Source: Eledone cirrhosa (taxonomy: Eukaryota). Taken from it: DNA of 64,000 bases. Positions within the stretch are counted from its first letter, which is position 1. Every line of letters starts with the position of its first letter. Below the pieces are notes generated by a model. It ran no database searches. It saw nothing but the letters and a program-made list of their open reading frames with translations, and had not been told where the DNA came from. The translations under genes were made by a program, and so were the position numbers. This document shows positions 13,495 to 27,685 of this stretch, piece after piece. The DNA lies in the NCBI GenBank assembly GCA_964016885.1, contig OZ024749.1, forward strand, positions 24,490,001 to 24,554,000, given 5' to 3'.

Positions 13495-14935
13495 CAATGT
13501 CGGACTGGAACCTAGCACCACATCTAGCATCAAACACCAGAGACACACCTTATACTACATACCCAACACTAACTGATCTTTTATAACACAAACAACGACA
13601 TCCCTCTGGAACCCTTCGCAGGGAGAATACCCATTTATACCTCTACGTCAGGTGTGACAACATCCACCCACTTGAACGGCACTACACCGCTCTAAGGGTA
13701 ATTTGAGCATGAACTGATCGGTTGGATAGTGTTGTGCAGAGGAAACACATTCCTTAGACAGATGGAAAATGATTTAATCTAGTAACGCTGTTGAGCAGTA
13801 GGACCAGGCTGCTGAGCGCAGTGAGTGAAAGCATTGCAACGGCCGTGCGGGTTGTACATATATGGATGATCTGACGGTCAGAGAGGGGTCGCGAGGACTG
13901 CGGATTGACCTCTGGCCGCCCTGGGGATGATTATCTTTCGACATCCAATAAGCAATGACCCAGAACTTACCAGAGATCATTGGGTCCTGAAGCAATCCTG
14001 CAATCACTGCGCCTGGTCCTATGAGTAGACTACAAACACAGAGATCATTAATTTAGAATCCTCGCTCATCATCTATAATTTCCATTTGTGGCACCTTACG
14101 ATGGGTTAATCCACCATAATAATATGATCACCTTCAGCATAACTTAATTAAACTACTCTATAGTTAATACACTTTATGCTTTAAACATTTTCTTCGAGGA
14201 TGCGCATCACCATAGAAATTAGGGTCTATATTGTGACACATTGTAATAGCTAGGTATAGAAACCCCGGAGTTACCTCCCCGCATGCATTAACTCCCCTTA
14301 GCCACACACACACACTTCCGGGTGGTATTCAATGGCGTTTCTCGAAACGTAACAGCCTCCTGTATTGAATTAAAGAACACCAGACTACGATCTCTAACTG
14401 GATTGTCAAACGCTCAATATCGGATTGTCGTGGATTATGTGAGGGGCATATAATCGAAAAATACACTCCCCTGACCATGAAAATGCCGAAGTAGATGAAA
14501 TACTTGACATCCCTTCGCTGTGCATCTCCAATACTTTTAACACTTATAATGCTTGCACTATTTTTAATGCTTATAACATTTCTCCACACACAGACTATAT
14601 CAATCATATAAAGAATTTGCCACCAGATCTACCAACCTAACACTCTTGTTTACCTACCTAAGTGCCTCTACCACACATATCTCTCTGCCACACTATATTA
14701 ACAAGACGCACATGCGTGCCACACATATAACATTTGCACTATATAACCGCTTATCTTCATGTATTTTAACCTGTATTTTTGATTTTTGATTGCACCTCTT
14801 AATATAAATGTAATCTCGAAGTGTGTACTGCCACTCTAAATTCTGTAATGAATGTTGACCCACAATGTTTGAATATGTATCGGTATGTCTCTCGGCTGAA
14901 AAGGAGGTCATATAACTGTCCATGCATTAATAAAT

Positions 14936-14982
14936 TGCTCCGAAGAATCCAAACCTCGGTTTGGAGGAAACAGCTGTAAGCA
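14936..14982 (+). ncRNA. Hammerhead ribozyme with U4C core change
   Basis: tgct-CCGAAGA-a-tccaaac-ctcg-gtttgga-g-GAAA-cagctg-TA-agca. Confidence 0.65.
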
Positions 14983-15013
14983 CAATAATGTTTTGAACAG
15001 TTCTTTGATTCTT

Positions 15014-15086
<73 letters not shown>

Positions 15087-15269
15087 ATATATGTATATAA
15101 ATGATTGTATATATGTATATATATGTATATATATATATGTGTATATATCTATATATATCTATATAAATGTATGTATATATGTATATAAATGTATATATAT
15201 ATGTATATAAATTTATATATATATATATATGTGAATATATATATATGTATGTGTGTATATATATATATG

Positions 15270-15343
<74 letters not shown>

Positions 15344-15387
15344 GTATGTATATATATGTATGTATGTACTTATGTATGTATATGTAT

Positions 15388-15472
15388 GAACACTGGTTCA
15401 GCGCATCGGTAGGGGTTCTCCTACATGGATATAAAGTAGTGGCCGTACTCGAAAACGAGTTGGCAGCCACCA
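15388..15472 (+). mobile_element. 3' tail of RTE-derived non-autonomous element
   Basis: Matches the 3' ends at 24695-24776 and 40315-40389 (gtactcgaaaacgagttggcagccacc). Confidence 0.75.
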
Positions 15473-15520
15473 TATGTATGTATGTATGTATATGTATGTA
15501 TGTATATATATGTATGTATG

Positions 15521-15565
<45 letters not shown>

Positions 15566-15566
15566 G

Positions 15567-15597
<31 letters not shown>

Positions 15598-15769
15598 ATA
15601 TATATATGTATGTATGTATATATGTATATATGTATATGTATGTGTGTATATATATGTATGTGTGTATATATATGGATGTATATATATATGTATGTATATA
15701 TATATATGTATGTGTGTATATATATGGATGTATATATATATGTATTTATGTATATATGTATGTACATAT

Positions 15770-16308
15770 GCCGGGTCACTCTTGAGTGCTACTGGTAACA
15801 TGTAACCCAGTACAACCTGTCGCACGGTCGGGTCGTCGGCGACTAAACCGGCAACCCCACCAAGTTTACTTGGTGAGGAGAGTAATTTTGGACACCCTGC
15901 AGGACAAAAAACAAAACCTGAAAAGGGCGGAAGAACTCATAAGAGTCAACGGCCATCCGAATGTGTGTAAATATGTATATACACATGTACCGCACGGTTA
16001 AACCACTGGGAGTGAAGGACCCCTAGCTTTTGTCAGGGCATTCTTCTAGGAGAAGGCAACTCAGGAATCTGGGATAACGCCAACATAAAACCTGCTGCTC
16101 AGTAGTTACCGATGATGTTGATCTTTTCTTCGTGTCGGGTTATAGCTACTGTCGCTCAGAGAGAGGGATTGACTCAGTGCCCAGTCTTTCCTCACTTTAA
16201 AAAATATCTTCAGGCACAGGGATTGCAAGATAGAATTAATTAATAATTATTAAAAATGGCATACCGTGCAATGGTCATACTCGATAACGAGGGGGCAGCC
16301 CTCATCAT
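15770..16308 (+). mobile_element. Bipartite RTE-derived non-autonomous retroelement (5'UTR + 3' tail)
   Basis: RTE-type ctaggagaagg 5'UTR motif, a 3' hairpin ctcgataacgag, homology to 39900-40389, no ORF. Confidence 0.6.
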
Positions 16309-16345
16309 GTATGTATTTATATATATATATGTATGTATATGTATG

Positions 16346-16380
<35 letters not shown>

Positions 16381-16415
16381 GTATGTATATATGTATCTAT
16401 GTATGTATGTATATA

Positions 16416-17093
16416 TTTTCTCTTTCTCTTAATTTCGAGTATATTTTTTTGACCGGCCACCTTCTTGGTTGCAAGGTTGTAAAAGAAAAGAAATTGTCAT
16501 CCCTTGAATCGCAAGAATCTTTTGCAAATTTTGAAGGTGCCAGCTATCGCAGCCATTTGTAGACTATGAATTAGGGAGCTGCGCTTTTTGTCCGCAAATC
16601 CAAGTTCAGTCATTCTTTGGTCCAAGCGGATTGGTATATAACCCGTAGCACCAATAATGATGGGTATGAAGCTAAAGGTGTATCTTGGATACTGGATTTG
16701 TAAACTCCTCATCAGTGGTCCGTAGATGTCCTCCTTCTCCTGTATTTTTCTGACAACGTTTACATCAAGTGGGCAGCTGATCTCCACAACAGAACACGTT
16801 TTCATTGTGTGGTCCCAAACTACAATATCAGGCCGGTTGTTGCTTTAATTTGGTGGCAGTTTTTATTTTCAGGTTCCACCAGTATTCCTTAGTGCCATCT
16901 GTCTCAATATATTCTTCCTCGTTTGTTGTTAATTTTGTTTTCCGAAGTGCGTTCCAGATAGTTCTAGCTATCCGATCGTGTCTCATGGGAGGTAGTAGCG
17001 AGATGACATTCGTTCGCAGCTGGTAACAATGTAGCTTACATCCTCGATCTTTGTTTTACATAGCCTACATTTATTGTCAGCTGCTGGCCCTCC
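16416..17093 (-). mobile_element. R4/Dong-type RLE LINE, 5'-truncated copy
   Basis: Zn-knuckle CRLCK..EDVS.IV.SC and PD-(D/E)XK domain PDIVVWD...VEISCP...KEDIY. 3' end abuts (TACA)n. Confidence 0.85.
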
Positions 17094-17179
17094 TATATAT
17101 ATGTATGTATGTATATATGTATGTATGTATATATGTATGTATGTATATATATATGTATGTATATTTATATGTATGTATG

Positions 17180-17213
<34 letters not shown>

Positions 17214-17235
17214 TGTATGTATGTATGTATGTATA

Positions 17236-19572
17236 TTATCTCTTTCTCTTAATTTCGAGTATATTTTTTGACCGGCCACCTACCTGGTGGCAAGGTTGTA
17301 AAAGAAAATTAATTGTAATACCTTTAATCGCAAGAATGTTTTGCACATTTTAAAGGTGCAGCTATCGCAGCCATTTGTAGACTATGAATTAAGGAGCTGC
17401 GCTTTTTGTCCGCAAATCCAAGTTTAGTCATACTTTGGTCCAAGCGAGTTGGTATATAACCCGTAGCTCCAATAATGATGGGTATCAAGCTAAAGGTGTA
17501 TCTTGGATACTGGATTTGTAAACTCCTCATCAATTGTCCTTAGATGTCCTTCTCCTGTATTTTTCTGACAACGTTAACATCAAGTGGGCAGCTGATCTCC
17601 ACAACAGAACACGTTTTCAATGTGTGTCCCAAACAACAATGTCAGGCCGGTTGTGCTTTAATTTGGTGGCAGATTTTATTTTCAAGTTCCACCAGTATTC
17701 CTTAGTGCCCTCTGTCTCAATATATTCTTCCTCGTTTGTTGTTAATTTTGTTTTCCGAAGTGCGTTCCTGATGGTTCTAGCTATCCCATCGTGTCTCATG
17801 TGGGAGGTAGTAACGAGATGACATTCTTTCGCAGCTGGCAACAATGTGGCTTACATCCTCGATCTTTGTTTTACATAGCCTACATTTATTGTCAGCTGCT
17901 GGCCCTCCCCTTTTGTGCAGCAGATATTTGGTAGGGAGTTCTTGTTCCTGTATTGCATAGAGATATCCCTAAAGGTGTGATGTCATAAACTTGTCGGAAC
18001 TCCATGCCAGGCTTTTTGAGTGGTTTATCCCCTCTATGGTCTGTGTTTTACGTCTCAAGTATCCATGCACAACTTTTTCTGTAAATTTGTCAATTTTTTC
18101 ATCTTGTTTGAACATTGAATAGGATTTTCCGATTTCTCTGGGTGAGCGATTTATATCAGGCTTTATTCCATATCTCTCCTCCAGATCAGTCGCTATTCTA
18201 ATGATATTGTTTTTTCATGCTCATAAACCTGGGCAAGATGGTTGCCAACTTTTTTCCTCTGTTGAAGGTGTTGCTTCAGTGTTATTATCCGGGTCTCATA
18301 TGTTGTTAGTATGGATTTTAGACCCCGGCCACCTTCCTTGTGTGAGAAGTATAGCCTATCTACATCACCATTGATGTTAAAGTTCCCAGTAACACTGAGA
18401 AGTTTGCAAGTTCTAACATTCATCTCACTTAGTTCTTGCAATGACCAGTTCAGCAAGCCAAATGTTGGCGTTTGAATTGGCACAGCATAAGTTTTGTGGG
18501 CAATGTATTTATTGTACGCTGACAATTCTGATGACCATATTTTCTTTACTCTTCTGAGGTATTCAGTTCTGGTTCTCTCCTTATTTATGGGTCCATCATA
18601 TCTGACATTCTCGTCCTGTCCAAGATATCTGTAGTTATCACCTGACTGTAGAGGTTGTATTGTCAGGCCGTTCATCAGATTTCTAGAGGAGGGCACAGCT
18701 CTTCCACGTTTTACTGCCAAATATGCACACTTGGACTCACCAAATTTCATTTTGATGTCTGTTGAAAATTGTGTAATGAGGACCAATTGTTTCTTGATGT
18801 CATTGATATTTGGCCTATACAACTTCAGGACATCAACAAAGAAAATATGGGAGATACTTCTGGACCCACTTCTTTGTCAACCTTTTTTCCTGAGTAGGTA
18901 AGATAGTGGATTTAGTGAGAGAACGAAGAGTAGCACTGACAAGCTATCACCCTGAAAGATGCCCTTCTGGTAATGTCTCTTATCAGTCTTAACTTGCTCC
19001 TTCTCACCTCTAAGGATCAAATTGGTGTACCAGTTCTTGGTCAGGCGTTCAACAACAGCTACCGATGGTTGTGGAACTTTGGCTAACTATAAAGCCTTAA
19101 TAATCCAGCCATGAGGTACACTATCAAATGATTTTTTATAGTCCAGCCACACCACAGTCATGTTTCTGCGATACTTTGTTGTTTTTTCCTGAATCATTTT
19201 ATTAGTTAGTAGGTGATCTATGCAACACCACACCTCCCTCTTTCCACCAGCTTGCTCAGGTCATATGATGTTGTTGGTAGCACAGTGATCCTGTAAGAAC
19301 AGGTTAAGGCACCCAGTATATAATTTATACATGATGCTTTGGCAGGCTATTGGGCGGTAATTTTTAGCAAGGGTGGTTTGGCTATTTGGAGGAATGAGGA
19401 GAGTAGTGACAGTTGATAACCATCTGGGCAGTGCTGATGTGCCTTTAATGGTTTGATCTTGCCGATAGAAAGTGAAATTCTTCAACCAGTATCCTGTAAT
19501 GAGGGCTGGGTCTGGTGATTTCCTATTCGACATTTTCTGTAGATCTGTTTCCAGTATTGAACCATCTATGTT
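17236..19572 (-). mobile_element. R4/Dong-type RLE LINE (RT + CCHC + RLE), decayed and 5'-truncated
   Basis: [65 protein letters not shown], with frameshifts and stops. Confidence 0.9.
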
Positions 19573-19828
19573 ATATGTATGTATATATATATATGTATGT
19601 ATATATATGTATATATATTTGTATGTATATATATATATATGTACGTATGTATATATATGTATGTATATATATATATATGTATGTATATATATATGTATGT
19701 ATATATATATATATGTATATATATATGTATGTATATATATATATGTATGCATATATATATATGTATATATATATATATGTATGTATATATGTATGTATAT
19801 ATATATGTATATATATATATGTATGTGT

Positions 19829-19876
<48 letters not shown>

Positions 19877-19941
19877 GTATATATATGTGTATGTATGTAT
19901 ATATATATATATGTATGTATGTATATATATATATATATATG

Positions 19942-19990
<49 letters not shown>

Positions 19991-20002
19991 ATATATATAT
20001 GT

Positions 20003-21178
<1,176 letters not shown>

Positions 21179-21181
21179 GTA

Positions 21182-24135
21182 TGTATATTTGGGGAGGGTC
21201 ATATTTGCGTAATATTGCCAGAATTAATAACAGAACACACTCACTGTTTGGTTGGTTTTCGCTTCTCGCTGTCTTTTATATATATATATCTGCGATCTAG
21301 CTTACTCGGTCCTCAATGTTGCCATTGACTGACCGGCGGTCAAAAATAATACAGATACAATATAGACAAACACATATATATATAGTTTACATAAATCTTT
21401 CGTTGCACATCTGCAACATCGTCAGTGGTGTTATATTCATTGTTCCTCCTGTTGTGTTGTATGTCTACGCCATTTTTTTTGTTCAGTCTGTCTATATATT
21501 TATTTATTTATTTGCTTGTTTGTTTATCTTATTTTATTTTGTCTTCTTTGCGCATGCGTTTGCGTGTGTGTATAGTGTTATGTGTGATGTGTGATGTGTG
21601 ACTAGTGTGTATAGTGTTGTCTGCTGGGTGACTAGTGTGTGTTTATGTGCTTGTGTATGTATTTATTTATCTTATTTTATTTAATTTAATTTACTTATTT
21701 ATTTATACTTCTCTTAGGTCAGTGTTGTTTGTTTGGGTGTTGTTGTTGTTCCACTCATTCTTTCTGTTTAGCTTTGGTCTTCTAATTTCTATTTCACTGG
21801 CCTCTCTGATTTGCCTATCTGCTGGGTCATTCCTATGTTTAGATATTATTCTAATTTCTATGTTGTCTATGTTACCGTCATGATGTTGTCTAGCATGTTC
21901 GTATAGTACTGACCCGTTTTTTCGTCCTTTTAGTTCCCCCCAGTGTTGGTCTATCCTTTCACCTATGCTACGAGCTGTCTCACCTATGTATGTTGTTGTC
22001 GTGTTTCTGCAAGTACCCTCTGTACATCTTATGCTATAGACTACGTTTCTAGTTTTACAGTTTATCCGGGGGTTCACCTTACATATGATACATTTCCTAT
22101 TGGTACAGTGGGTTTTCTTAAAAGGGTAGGTTTTGCTGATCAGGGATTTTATGGTGGTTCCTGGCTTTTCTACCACCTTTATTTTTAAGTGGGTCTTTCT
22201 CAGGGCCTTTCTACACTGGTTAGCTAATTTCCCTCCAGGGGTGGCGTCCACAAACATGACACTCTGATATCTCTGGTTGTCGTACCATGATGTGGCCTTC
22301 CCTATCTTATGTCTAGCCCTATCTAAGCTATTCCATGATTTGCTCCTGTATAGTGGGCAAATTCCTTTCATGTCCAGTTCTATGAGGGTCTTATACTTTT
22401 CCATGGCTCCTTCGTATACTCTGACTCTGTCTCTTTGGTTGTAGCCAGAGAACTGCATGCGGTTGATGAAGTGTTGGATGTGTCCTTCCATTTCTGTTGG
22501 GTCGCACATGCTGGACACATTCTTCATCACTCGTACCAAATCTGCGATCAGAATATTAAACTTAGCACTACTGGACATTGCTGAGTTTTTGAGTATCAGG
22601 TATTTGGAGGCCATGGGTTTAGCATAGTGTGAGTGGAGAATTTGGGCTCTCTCGTCTATAGTGTTAATCCAGAGTTCTGTGTCTAATACAGGTAGTCTAT
22701 TGTTAGGGTGTTTGGAAGGGAAGTCTATAGTTACAGTTATACTCTGGTGTATGGAATTAGCTATCTGCTGGATGCTTTCCATCGTGCTACGTTCTAAATC
22801 AAACTTGTTAGTGCTGTCTAGTGGGGGTGTTCTTATAACTATATTGATATCGTCTACATAACGAGAGTACATGATGAGGTCTATGGAGCTTTCATTAAGG
22901 AGATCTTTAAGTCTCCTTTCCCACCATACCATGAAAAGGTTGGCAACATCGCCAGCTATGCTGACGCCGATGGCTGCTCCCTCATTTTGGGTGTAGATTT
23001 TCTCATTGAACTTAAATATGTGGCCCTTTAGGGTAGTTTTGATACTAGCCCCTATTGCATGTGCGACCATTTTTCTTACCTGATCAGTGTTTTGGGGGGT
23101 CCGTATAGCTTTGGTCCACCCAATCCACCTTCCTATGGGAGTCTTTTTAGCCATTGAGGTTATGGTGGGGGGTCTACCTCTTATAGGTCTACTAGGGCAG
23201 AAACATCTAAGGTCATGGCTGTCTAGGTAGTCAGTGTCGTAGGTAAGTCTAAGTAGGAGGCCCAGTTCGTCTGTGTCGACGTCGCAGAACTCCACCTCAC
23301 TCTCAATGATCATCTCCACACATCTTTTCACAGCAAAATCAATGTTAATGGATGGGTACAGTGACACCACATCCATGCTGCCTATTATGCAGTTGGATAG
23401 GCTCCTGTTTTTGTTGCACTCACTGATTCTGCTGAGGAGGTCCTCTGTACTTTCACATACATCTGGGGACATCTTGATTATGGGGCGTATAACCATTGAG
23501 AGGAAGTAGGAGATCCTGTAGTTGCTAGCTATATTAGCTCCGCATACAGGTCTTGTTGGTGGTCCTATTGTCGGGTCGTCGACTGCCTTGTGGTCTTTGC
23601 GGAGCCCATACAAGGGTGGTATGCCATTGTTAGACGCCTGGAAGTTGTTGGCAGTGCGTCTGCTTGGCTTTAGGATGTCAGTCCACATCATCATGTGAGC
23701 GTTGAGGATTTTTTCTCTCCCATCGTGTGTTAGTTGTGCAACTTCGCTCGTGTTGGTGATGTGGGGTTGCATTGCCTCGATGTAGTTCGGCATGCTATCT
23801 ATTGACATCCTACACAACAGGAGGAACAATGAATATAACACCACTGACGATGTTGCAGATGTGCAACGAAAGATTTATGTAAACTATATATATATGTGTT
23901 TGTCTATATTGTATCTGTATTATTTTTGACCGCCGGTCAGTCAATGGCAACATTGAGGACCGAGTAAGCTAGATCGCAGATATATATATATAAAAGACAG
24001 CGAGAAGCGAAAACCAACCAAACAGTGAGTGTGTTCTGTTATTAATTCTGGCAATATTACGCAAATATGACCCTCCCCAAATATAACAATATCTGTTTCG
24101 ACACACGATTTCATATAAAAAACCTCGCAAAACTA
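21182..24135 (-). mobile_element. PLE (non-Naiad lineage, possibly Nematis-like) with 3' pLTR and inverted 5' pLTR
   Basis: 21182-21458 and 23811-24085 are essentially identical inverted repeats flanking an RT-GIY-YIG ORF. Confidence 0.9.
21703..23844 (-). CDS. PLE reverse transcriptase + GIY-YIG endonuclease (713 aa, N-terminally truncated)
   Basis: LYGLRKDHK, TRPVC, SMDVVSLYPSI, QNEGAAIG, RYVDD, LPVLD, CxxxxCxxC..C, VVYSIRC..YIGET.R...R..QH, REASEI...LNRKNE. Confidence 0.92.
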   Translation of the reverse strand: MVLYSLFLLLCRMSIDSMPNYIEAMQPHITNTSEVAQLTHDGREKILNAHMMMWTDILKPSRRTANNFQASNNGIPPLYGLRKDHKAVDDPTIGPPTRPVCGANIASNYRISYFLSMVIRPIIKMSPDVCESTEDLLSRISECNKNRSLSNCIIGSMDVVSLYPSINIDFAVKRCVEMIIESEVEFCDVDTDELGLLLRLTYDTDYLDSHDLRCFCPSRPIRGRPPTITSMAKKTPIGRWIGWTKAIRTPQNTDQVRKMVAHAIGASIKTTLKGHIFKFNEKIYTQNEGAAIGVSIAGDVANLFMVWWERRLKDLLNESSIDLIMYSRYVDDINIVIRTPPLDSTNKFDLERSTMESIQQIANSIHQSITVTIDFPSKHPNNRLPVLDTELWINTIDERAQILHSHYAKPMASKYLILKNSAMSSSAKFNILIADLVRVMKNVSSMCDPTEMEGHIQHFINRMQFSGYNQRDRVRVYEGAMEKYKTLIELDMKGICPLYRSKSWNSLDRARHKIGKATSWYDNQRYQSVMFVDATPGGKLANQCRKALRKTHLKIKVVEKPGTTIKSLISKTYPFKKTHCTNRKCIICKVNPRINCKTRNVVYSIRCTEGTCRNTTTTYIGETARSIGERIDQHWGELKGRKNGSVLYEHARQHHDGNIDNIEIRIISKHRNDPADRQIREASEIEIRRPKLNRKNEWNNNNTQTNNTDLREV

Positions 24136-24319
24136 ATTCATCGCCGCTATGTATGTATATATATATATGTATGTACATATATATGTATGCATATGAATCT
24201 ATGTATATGTATCTATGTATATATATATATATGTATGTATATATATATATATATGTATGTATATGTATCTATGTGTATATATATATATGTATATATATAT
24301 GTATGTATATATATATATG

Positions 24320-24370
<51 letters not shown>

Positions 24371-24374
24371 TTAC

Positions 24375-24418
<44 letters not shown>

Positions 24419-24441
24419 ATATATATATATATATATATGGA

Positions 24442-24776
24442 TGAATTCTAGGAGAAGGAAATCTCTAATATAACAACTGCAACCCTGATGGTATCCAATG
24501 ATGTTGACTTGTTATTCTTTTTGGTAAATATCATCTTGGTTAAGGGAGTGGGACTGGCTTTGTGCAGTGCCTTTGCTCACTATAAAAGCTTCACGGTACA
24601 GGCATTGCTTTATATCTGGAGATCTCACTGCAATTGTCACAAGTGTAGTGTTTGTACCAGAGTTTTCAAGTCGCTGGCTGGACTAAAAAGTCACACTCGT
24701 TCAGCGCATCGGTAGGGTTTCCCTACATAGATATAAAGTAGTGGCCGTACTCGAAAAGGAGTTGGCAGCCACCATA
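24442..24776 (+). mobile_element. Bipartite RTE-derived non-autonomous element
   Basis: RTE 5'UTR motif joined to the LINE C-terminal C2H2 finger remnant ([22 protein letters not shown]) and 3' tail. A copy lies at 39900-40389. Confidence 0.75.
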
Positions 24777-24815
24777 TGGATGTATATATATATATATAGA
24801 TATATATATATGTAT

Positions 24816-24907
<92 letters not shown>

Positions 24908-24945
24908 ATATATATGTATGTATGTATGTATGTATATATATATAT

Positions 24946-25011
<66 letters not shown>

Positions 25012-25031
25012 GTATGTATATATATATATAT

Positions 25032-25081
<50 letters not shown>

Positions 25082-25097
25082 GTATGTATATATATAT

Positions 25098-25166
<69 letters not shown>

Positions 25167-25214
25167 TATGTATATATATATATATGTATGTATATATATA
25201 TTTATATATGTATG

Positions 25215-25247
<33 letters not shown>

Positions 25248-25384
25248 GTATGTATATATATATATATGCATGTATATATATATATATATATATATGTTTG
25301 TATATATATATATGTAAGTGTGTATATATATATATATATGTATATGTGTATATATATAAGTATGTGTGTATATATATATCTATG

Positions 25385-25462
<78 letters not shown>

Positions 25463-25465
<3 letters not shown>

Positions 25466-25781
25466 CGAAGGAAATGTCGTAAGGAACCTGGTGGACCATA
25501 ACGCAACAAAGTACTCAATACTTAGGGTAGTAGAGCGGGTAATAGGAACGAGTAGGACCCCGACGGCTAGATCAAGCCGTTTCAACGGATAATTCTGTAT
25601 TGACAGGCCTGGATTTCTAGAGAAGGGCACATCTCTTCCACGTTTTACTGCCAAATATGCACACTTGGACTCACCAAATTTCATTTTGATGTCTGTTGAA
25701 AATTGTGTAATGTCCAGAATTAGCCGTCGAAACGGCTTGAGCTCAGCCGTCGGGGTCCTACTCGTTCCTATATACTCGTGC

Positions 25782-25785
<4 letters not shown>
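25463..25785. mobile_element. Fold-back of Naiad pLTR (49801 family) enclosing an R4-LINE fragment
   Basis: Arms ~25541-25597 and ~25714-25770. The spacer matches 18655-18778. Confidence 0.8.
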
Positions 25786-26904
<1,119 letters not shown>

Positions 26905-27299
26905 CTCCCGCACGCTGGCCAAGCCGGTATGAATTTTATCTCTCTCTCGTCGACGATTTCACAGAACCTATGTTTACCGAATTCGCAGACCAGACCCCTT
27001 TTTCCTCCCGTTAGACCTGTGCGAAATTCCTTCCTTGCTCACATTTCAACCAGGTTTGATGGTCTTTATTCTCTCGTTCACGATTTCACCGAATTTAAAT
27101 TCATAGAAATCTGGGACTTGTCTCCTTCTTCCTCACTTACTGTTGCTTCACTATTTTGTTTGTTTACCCTCGCGTCCCCTTTATTTACGTGTCCCAACGA
27201 CTTTTTTTAGACGTTGCCCGCACCAACCGGAGGTATATGGTCTTTAAAGCGATGAAATGCCTATGATGGTTGGAAGATCACTGATGAAGGACAAACTTT

Positions 27300-27373
<74 letters not shown>

Positions 27374-27685
27374 TGAATCCTTAACAGCATGTAACGGAGA
27401 AAGCTAAAGCCAGGAATATTCCAATAGATATCTCCAAACGTGTGATTCTTCCTCCAGCGGTACACTGCAATTTGCAGAATTAATTGGAATTACTAAATGG
27501 ATTTACAACACTGGGATGTGACCTTCTCTAATTACACACACCCCAACACACAAAGACACACGTGCAAACACATACATATGAATATATATAAATATATATG
27601 TATATGTATGTGTGTATGTATAATATATTATCTATATATATATGGGGGGTGGGTTCGTGTGTCTGTATATATATATATATATATA

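Larger units (their letters stand above)
12321..15024 (+). mobile_element. 5'-truncated Naiad-type PLE with inverted 5' pLTR piece
   Basis: GIY-YIG ORF. 12321-12394 is the reverse complement of ~14960-15024. HHR near the 3' end. Confidence 0.8.

Noticed and set aside
24620-24715. Host C2H2 zinc-finger exon
   Set aside because: Lies within a repeated RTE-derived element and matches a LINE C-terminal finger. The copy at 40 kb is disrupted.
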